Assembly: GCA_964016885.1 (NCBI GenBank)
Contig: OZ024755.1
Coordinates: forward strand, 28,892,001 to 28,956,000
DNA: 64,000 nt
Source: Eledone cirrhosa
Taxonomy: Eukaryota
Reading direction: 5' to 3'
The first letter of the stretch is position 1. Each line of letters starts with the position of its first letter. The notes under the pieces were generated by a model, which was given only the letters and a program-made list of their open reading frames with translations, made no database searches and was not told where the DNA came from. A program made the translations under genes and the position numbers. Positions 57,150-64,000 of this stretch are shown here, one piece after another.

Positions 57150-57570
57150 TCGATATTAGTTTCACTTTTCTTTCGTCCATCTTCCCTCCCACTATCACCG
57201 ATTCATGAAGTGACTTTGACAATACGAAAATACAAGGCTGAAGGTTAGTTCACTTCATGTTCGATTTTTACAAAAGACTCTAAACAGTTTAGAGATCATT
57301 GGAATTATTTTATTTCGCCACAATGCATTGAAATTGTTCAGTAATCGACTTTAGTTTTCCATTCACATATATTATTCCTATAGTAAATTATGTTATTATG
57401 TCGACGACTAAATTCAATGACCATTGTTACGATCTTCCAGTGTCAGATTTATTGAAGTGCCATACCAATACTCTTGACAAACACAGGGAATATCTCGGAT
57501 TTACATCAGTTCCCTACAACATGATATTGACGGAAATTCATCCATGTACTGCAATCATTGAACAAAAATA
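57150..57570 (+). pseudogene. Possible decayed Penelope-like RT fragment
   Basis: YYVDD at about 57395 and later YLGFTSVPY-like peptide. No open frame. Confidence 0.3.
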
Positions 57571-57600
57571 GCGCCTGACATAAATATTGTTAATTAATGA

Positions 57601-57706
57601 CCACCGAGGTTAAATTTGCCTTTCATCCTTACGGGTTCGATAAAATAAAGTACCAGTAATGTACTGGTATTTGCTGGCCTTGTGCCAAAATTACAAACAA
57701 TTATTA
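57601..57706 (+). mobile_element. SINE 3' half
   Basis: SINE core and tail. Confidence 0.85.
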
Positions 57707-58139
57707 ATTATTAACGAGTGTGAATATCAAAAATAGAATACTTGACAAAATATCTTGACAGAATTAGATAAACTAATGTATATTATACTTTTAAATCTCG
57801 TCCGTGTGATATCGACTTTTACTTTTTCTGATGTGGATAAACATAACACTTATCAAGAAATAGATTCCAGTCTTGGACGTCTTGTATTTGGAATTCATTT
57901 AAATATTTTCTTACCGCCTTTGTCAGACTGCTAAAAGTATTGTTTATAGTATATCGACGCTATTGTTAAATACTTGTTCGGTTTGTGACAACCCTCCGAA
58001 CAATCTTATTCATGAGAATCTGAATGAGTGCCTAAATTCTAAACATGGATAATTATTAATACATACCGTTGGATTTCTACAATCAGTAGAGTCTTGGATA
58101 GAATATTTTTTAGGTATTTTATCGGCTCCTTTCCTACTT

Positions 58140-58310
58140 ACCACCATAAGCGCTGAGCTGGCCAGCCGCAGGTGGATTGGCTCTCCATTCTTCCGCCGGG
58201 ACTTTGAGTCGGCCAGATCGTGGGACCCCATTTGCTCATAATACAGAGAGATATGGAGGGTGAAGGAGATGGAGGCGATGACAGTGGGAGTTCGACTCTT
58301 CCGTGTGCCA
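58140..58310. repeat. GC-rich interspersed repeat family X (copy 3)
   Basis: Homologous to 4735-4975, with an internal deletion. Confidence 0.75.
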
Positions 58311-59115
58311 GATTATTATAGAACTTTAAATATGAGAATCTACTTAAACCTATTTGACATGTTATGCAAGACACCTTTCTTGGGAAGAGGCATTATAATG
58401 ACTCAAACTAGCAGAATGAAATATTTTACTATTTTACTCCTTTATGATTTCAGAATAAACACGCTTTGAGTTGAAGTCCCTTTTATAATATGTAACATTA
58501 TTCTGATTCTCGATTTCTAACCTACCATTAATCTAATTGTGTTAAATCCATTTTCAAAACCTATATTATCTGTTATTAATCCCTAATCATAAATCGCCAG
58601 CAAACGTGGACAAACATTTTATAATGCAGTATGTATTTCACCCTTATCCTTGCAATGAACTCCGAATGTAATCAAATGTTTAACGTTTTCAGTTTCATAA
58701 ATATTTATGCAAATATTATATGAACTGTGTCCTTAAATTAATAAACCTGGGAGCGTATACATTATGTTGGATTATTTACTGAGTTGTGTATATTATATCA
58801 TTGTAACACTGGCTATAGTTCTATGGGGGTTGTTTATAAAAATAGAACTACTGCTGCATATCTGCATATTACAAGTAAGTAATAATGCAGATGGGTGCGG
58901 CTTCTTTCTACGAGAAACCTTGAAAAGTTGTTTAGATGCATAAATGCGTGTAAATGTGGATTTGATACTTCAGTGGTAGCCACGTATGTTGTTGAACATA
59001 TTGATGCATTTGTTAATGTATTTTCATCCTGCCCATAAAACAATCCGAATTTTTTTCTTTTTATTATTCTGTGTGTAATGTTTTCACAATTCCCCCTTTC
59101 AATCTACGTCATATG

Positions 59116-59694
<579 letters not shown>

Positions 59695-59968
59695 ATGAAT
59701 GTATGTATAGTATATTTGGCAATATACCGTATGTTTAATTAAAAACATTTTAAAGACCATAAGCTATCGGTTTTAAAGTAGTGACTATGTCACTTACTTC
59801 TTTTCGGCTAAAGAAGGGAGAGAAGCTAGCGGTCTGTTTCACGCTGTTGGCGATCATCAGAGACACGTACTCCCCGCTTTCGCCGATAAAACCGATAGCG
59901 TATGGTCTTCAAAAGGGTTTTTAATTAAGCATACGGTATATTGCCAAATATACTATACATACATTCAT
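59695..59968. mobile_element. Inverted-repeat island with partial hammerhead
   Basis: Arms of about 81 bp (59695-59775 / 59887-59968). Minus strand GTCT-CTGATGA-T-CGC-CAACA-GCG-T-GAAAC-AGAC at 59832-59864. Confidence 0.75.
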
Positions 59969-60003
59969 GTATACATCGCTATTTCAGAGCACCAATCCTA
60001 AGA

Positions 60004-60925
60004 TATATATATATATATATATATAAAACAGAGGGTGTCTATCTGTGTAAATCCCTAAACCTCGAGAGGTACCCGACCGATTTTTTTTCAAACTTTACAC
60101 GTGTATTACTTATATTTCTTGAAGTGCAATGGACTAAAAGAAATTTTAACTTTTTCTGCTCTAGGCCCCACACTAGGCGAAAAACCGCATTTTAAAGGCA
60201 TTGTTAGGCTTTTTGGAGGCGTAACTTAAAGATAATCCAGCCGATTTCCTCGAAATTTGCAGCACACATTAGTTAGTCCCCTCCCATTGCTTTGGACGAA
60301 TAAAATTTCCGATTCCATTAATGGTTTCTAGGAAATTTACGAATTAGCATTGGGCGTTACATATCATTTTCATTTTCAGTACAAACGCTACTTAAACGTC
60401 GTAAATAGCGTATAACATTTCGTTAAAAATTTGGTTGATGGTGACCCCAATAGTAACTCCGAAGAGTTCAGCATCCGATATAACAGTTCGGTCTATATCA
60501 GATTGGGTAGATTTACGAAGAGACTATGGTCTCCTGTGGGGAAGGCCCAACATATGCGGTTGCATGACATGTCTTACTCGAGCATTGCAGGATTTTCTCT
60601 GTACAGTATGCACGGAGGTGCAATAGACATTCGAATCTATAAAACTTGAAAAGTATCTAACGGATTTTCTCCAAATGGAAGAAAAATCATACTCTAAGAT
60701 TTAGTACGCTTAAAGAGTATCTAGGTGATCTTCTTCAGATTTTGCACATGCATGCAGATGTTTCACGATTCAGGTCTGCCGGTGTTTTACGTTTCCAGTA
60801 GATGAAAGATCATTCCCTGAGAATAAGGGAATTCAAAAAGTACACAGCTATATTCCTCATTATTTGCATATACGTGTTGTTATTTCACGTTTCCTATCCC
60901 GTGCAACACCGGGTCCTGCTGCTAG
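60004..60925 (+). mobile_element. Non-autonomous Helitron H2 copy 2
   Basis: tatatataaaacagagggtgtc start, 3' cccgtgcaacaccggg hairpin + CTAG|t. Four internal aact..ccgatttt-like subrepeats. Confidence 0.8.
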
Positions 60926-62847
60926 TATATATATATATATATACGATTGTAATCAGCAAATAATAATGAGATTTTCAAACGCGATTTACTAGAATCCTTT
61001 ACAATTGTTTTTATGCATAATATTCTGTGAAGTTATCTCTACACCAGGAGAAATCTCTCTGCTTTACTCATTGCACGTCGGAAGGGAGAGTTACTGAAAC
61101 ATGTTCTTATTTTTGGTGGACCTCATTAGTGCACATACATATCCCTATGGTGTCAAACATAGACACATGCAGAAGAGAAGCATGCATGAAGACGTGAGAT
61201 TTACAAAGAGGGTAACGTTGTAATGACGGGAAACATTTGATAGAAAACCATGGAATAATTTAGATATAAACAAGGAAGAACATTTTAAAGTGTGAGTTAT
61301 GTTATCCTCTCTGATTGAGAGAATGGCTGGAACAGAGGTGTGTAATCAGTGATTATGATGGTGAATATAAGGTCATGTGACTGAGAAAACGAGTGAGAAT
61401 ACAAGTCACCTGAAGTAATGAACAAAATAACGCGTACATAATAAAGACTAGGCGTAACCTGATAAAAACAGAATGGGTTGGTTATTAATATTAATGTATA
61501 TACATACTTATCTAAAAATTCATTGTATCGATAAAAAAATTCATTGTATTTCTCTAACATTTTGAAGATCATAGCCGAGAAATATGGTTCCGATTGCTAA
61601 ACTATAAGCTTCATCTCAGAGACGTATCTCACAAGTTTATGATGCGGAGATGAGTATGACAATTACAATCTACTGTATCATTTTGATTACAAAAGTCCAC
61701 AAATGTCCACCAGTATTTAGCTAACAACAGCAATAATCACACTGAAGAAATTATGAAGTGTGCGGAAGGCGAATAATTAGGTATTTATCCTAAAACCCCG
61801 CTGTTCTACGTGTTGATCCTAGAACCACATCTCTTAAATGCTCACATAGCAAATTGAATAAAACAACCAGTTTCAAGTTCCATATTGATGAACCATTAAA
61901 TCACGTTTCATCATTTTCTGTCTTCCGGGACGGCGCATCACCTGATTCACTAATTATACACTTTTGCATTTTCTTAAATTAATAGCAACTAAAATTTCGA
62001 AAATGTAAAGCAAATCATATGATCAATAATTTTAATTAATAAAAAGGATTGACAATATTACACGACAGCGTGACATTGCTTTACCTCATTGGGATAATCT
62101 ATATCAAGGACAATTAATGTTGATCAATATTTACAATAGCCATTGTCGTTATTATCAACATATATGAACATTATGTCAATTGAAATGAAAGCAACATTCT
62201 CAGCATCAGCAGCAAACCTACCATCATTATCAAAATGAGAAACTTGAATTACTGCAAACATGGTTTCAAGTAATTGCTGGCGGAGCTGTAAACTCTCGAG
62301 AAAACAATGCAGTCAAAAGCAATTAAATGCAATAGAATTTAAAGAATCACGTTTTCCATTTTAAGTTGTTCAATATGAATTGTATGAATAGTGTAAACAA
62401 TTTAGAAACTCCAAACAAACATTCTTCTTATAAGTGACCACCTACGCTGATATTTGAATGAATAGCTCCCTAACAATTCCATGTTCACCAAACTATTTTT
62501 ATAAGGATATAACCCATAGCCACCATGCCAAACATAAGATAAACATTCAATTATTTCAACGCTAGTATTTGAGAGCTATTTCGATTCAGAATCTGGAAGT
62601 AGGAAAGGCAAAGTCAGCTTTTTCGGAATTTCAAATCAGAACATAAACGGGCATGACTAAATAAAGGTAGGGATATCGTCCAATGATGTAACGATTCTGT
62701 TCAGTTAATATATTGTCCGGGAAGGTTACTGGATGTCGCTAATCCTATAAACGAGTGATCAACTGACAACCAATCATAAAACTCTTGTCAATGGTAAAGG
62801 GTATTTGCTTCAATCTCACTGCATGGTTCCTTCATAAAGTGACTTAT

Positions 62848-62970
62848 AATTGTTTCAACTTTTGGCACAAGGCCAGAAATTAATCCCACTGCATTACTAG
62901 TACTTTATTTTATCGATCCGTAAGGATGAAAGGCAAAGTTACCTTCGGCGGAATTTGACTTCAGATCGTA
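62848..62970 (-). mobile_element. Nin-domain-type SINE, headless
   Basis: SINE core and tail. Confidence 0.85.
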
Positions 62971-63164
62971 GGACAGAACAAAGGAGAGGCACAACATAAG
63001 AATCAGTCATTGAGGTGGTCACAGAATGTGTGATGAACGAACTTTGACAATATCTAAACAACTATCCGGTTATTAAACCAACCGGAAATTTATAATAAAT
63101 TGAAGTGAAAACTCACTAGTGCGTGTGTTTTTATTGGCAGCTTGACCCTCTCAAAATATAACAA

Positions 63165-63260
<96 letters not shown>

Positions 63261-63493
63261 CATGTGTGTATGTGTGTGTGCGCGTCTGTGTCTATATATA
63301 TATGTTTCTGTGCGTGTGTGTATATGTATGTGTTCGTGTGTGCATGTGTGTGTTTGCACTTTCTACCAGAATTTATGTCAGTGCCACGTGTTTTCTATAC
63401 TCCAAAGTTACATGGTACACAGCTCGTAAATACCCGCCCGCAATGCATTTTGTCCTATGCACTGAAGTTATCGCAATCTACCGAACCTTATAC

Positions 63494-63796
63494 CAGAGGT
63501 CACCAAACCCCCGGGCCGCAAACCGGTACCAGTCCGGGGGTCATTTACTACCGGGCCGCAAATAAATAATTAACTTGTTTAAAATTATATAACAGATAAA
63601 TTGGACTTCAATGTTAGAAATTTGCATGAGTGTCAACAGATTATACACTTTTACTTCCCTTTAATACATTGATCTTTTCATTATTGTTCTCTTTATCGAA
63701 ATGCAGTTAAATAGCACATATGTGCAACTACCGGTCCGCGGTAAGACTGTCCAACGTAAAGACAGTCCGTGGTTTAAAATACCTTGGCGACTATAG
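63494..63796. mobile_element. hAT (Charlie-like) MITE
   Basis: cagaggtcaccaaacc start, ttggcgacta end, internal ccggtccgcgg / gggccgc subterminal motifs. Confidence 0.65.
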
Positions 63797-63804
63797 GCTT
63801 TATA

Positions 63805-63993
63805 TAATTGTTTCTACTGTTTGACACAAGGCCAGCAATTACCCCCAGTGCATTACTGGTACTTTATTTTATCGACCCCGTAAGGATGAAAGGCAAAGTT
63901 AACCTCGGCGAGATTTGAACTCAGTCCTTTAAGGGACGTAACTCTGCGCTGCAAAGCATTGCGTCCGACCCTCTGCCGATACTGCCAATCCAC
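63805..63993 (-). mobile_element. Full-length Nin-domain-type SINE
   Basis: Complete consensus including A/B boxes. Confidence 0.92.
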
Positions 63994-64000
63994 AAAATAA

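Noticed and set aside
61080-61900. Further decayed Penelope-like ORF
   Set aside because: Only vague motif echoes across several frames. It needs tBLASTn to support.

Overview
AT-rich, repeat-saturated animal genomic DNA. It is most likely octopus/cephalopod, inferred from the abundant tRNA-headed Nin-domain-type SINE and the extreme (TA)n/(CA)n load. I find no credible host protein-coding exon, and nearly all listed ORFs are translations of microsatellites. The window contains: (i) a 7.4-kb satellite of exactly 104 x 71 bp with two different higher-order periodicities (36145-43528); (ii) a decayed Penelope-like element of Naiad type (RT YRDD, CxC-CP-C linker, GIY-YIG) with its pseudo-LTR; (iii) R4/Dong and RTE LINE remnants, about 15 SINE copies, non-autonomous Helitrons and hAT/Tc1 MITEs. 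The most striking signal is about 15 short 'islands' embedded in (TA)n arrays. They carry type I hammerhead-ribozyme motifs from several unrelated sequence families, several with unusually long stem II inserts, non-canonical 10.1-11.1 pairs, visible covariation between copies, or a U3-A8 core. Many islands are folded back into near-perfect inverted repeats. One island family is physically linked to the Naiad ORF, which points to a microsatellite-targeting, ribozyme-bearing Penelope-like retroelement system. All calls come from reading the sequence by eye; no searches were run.
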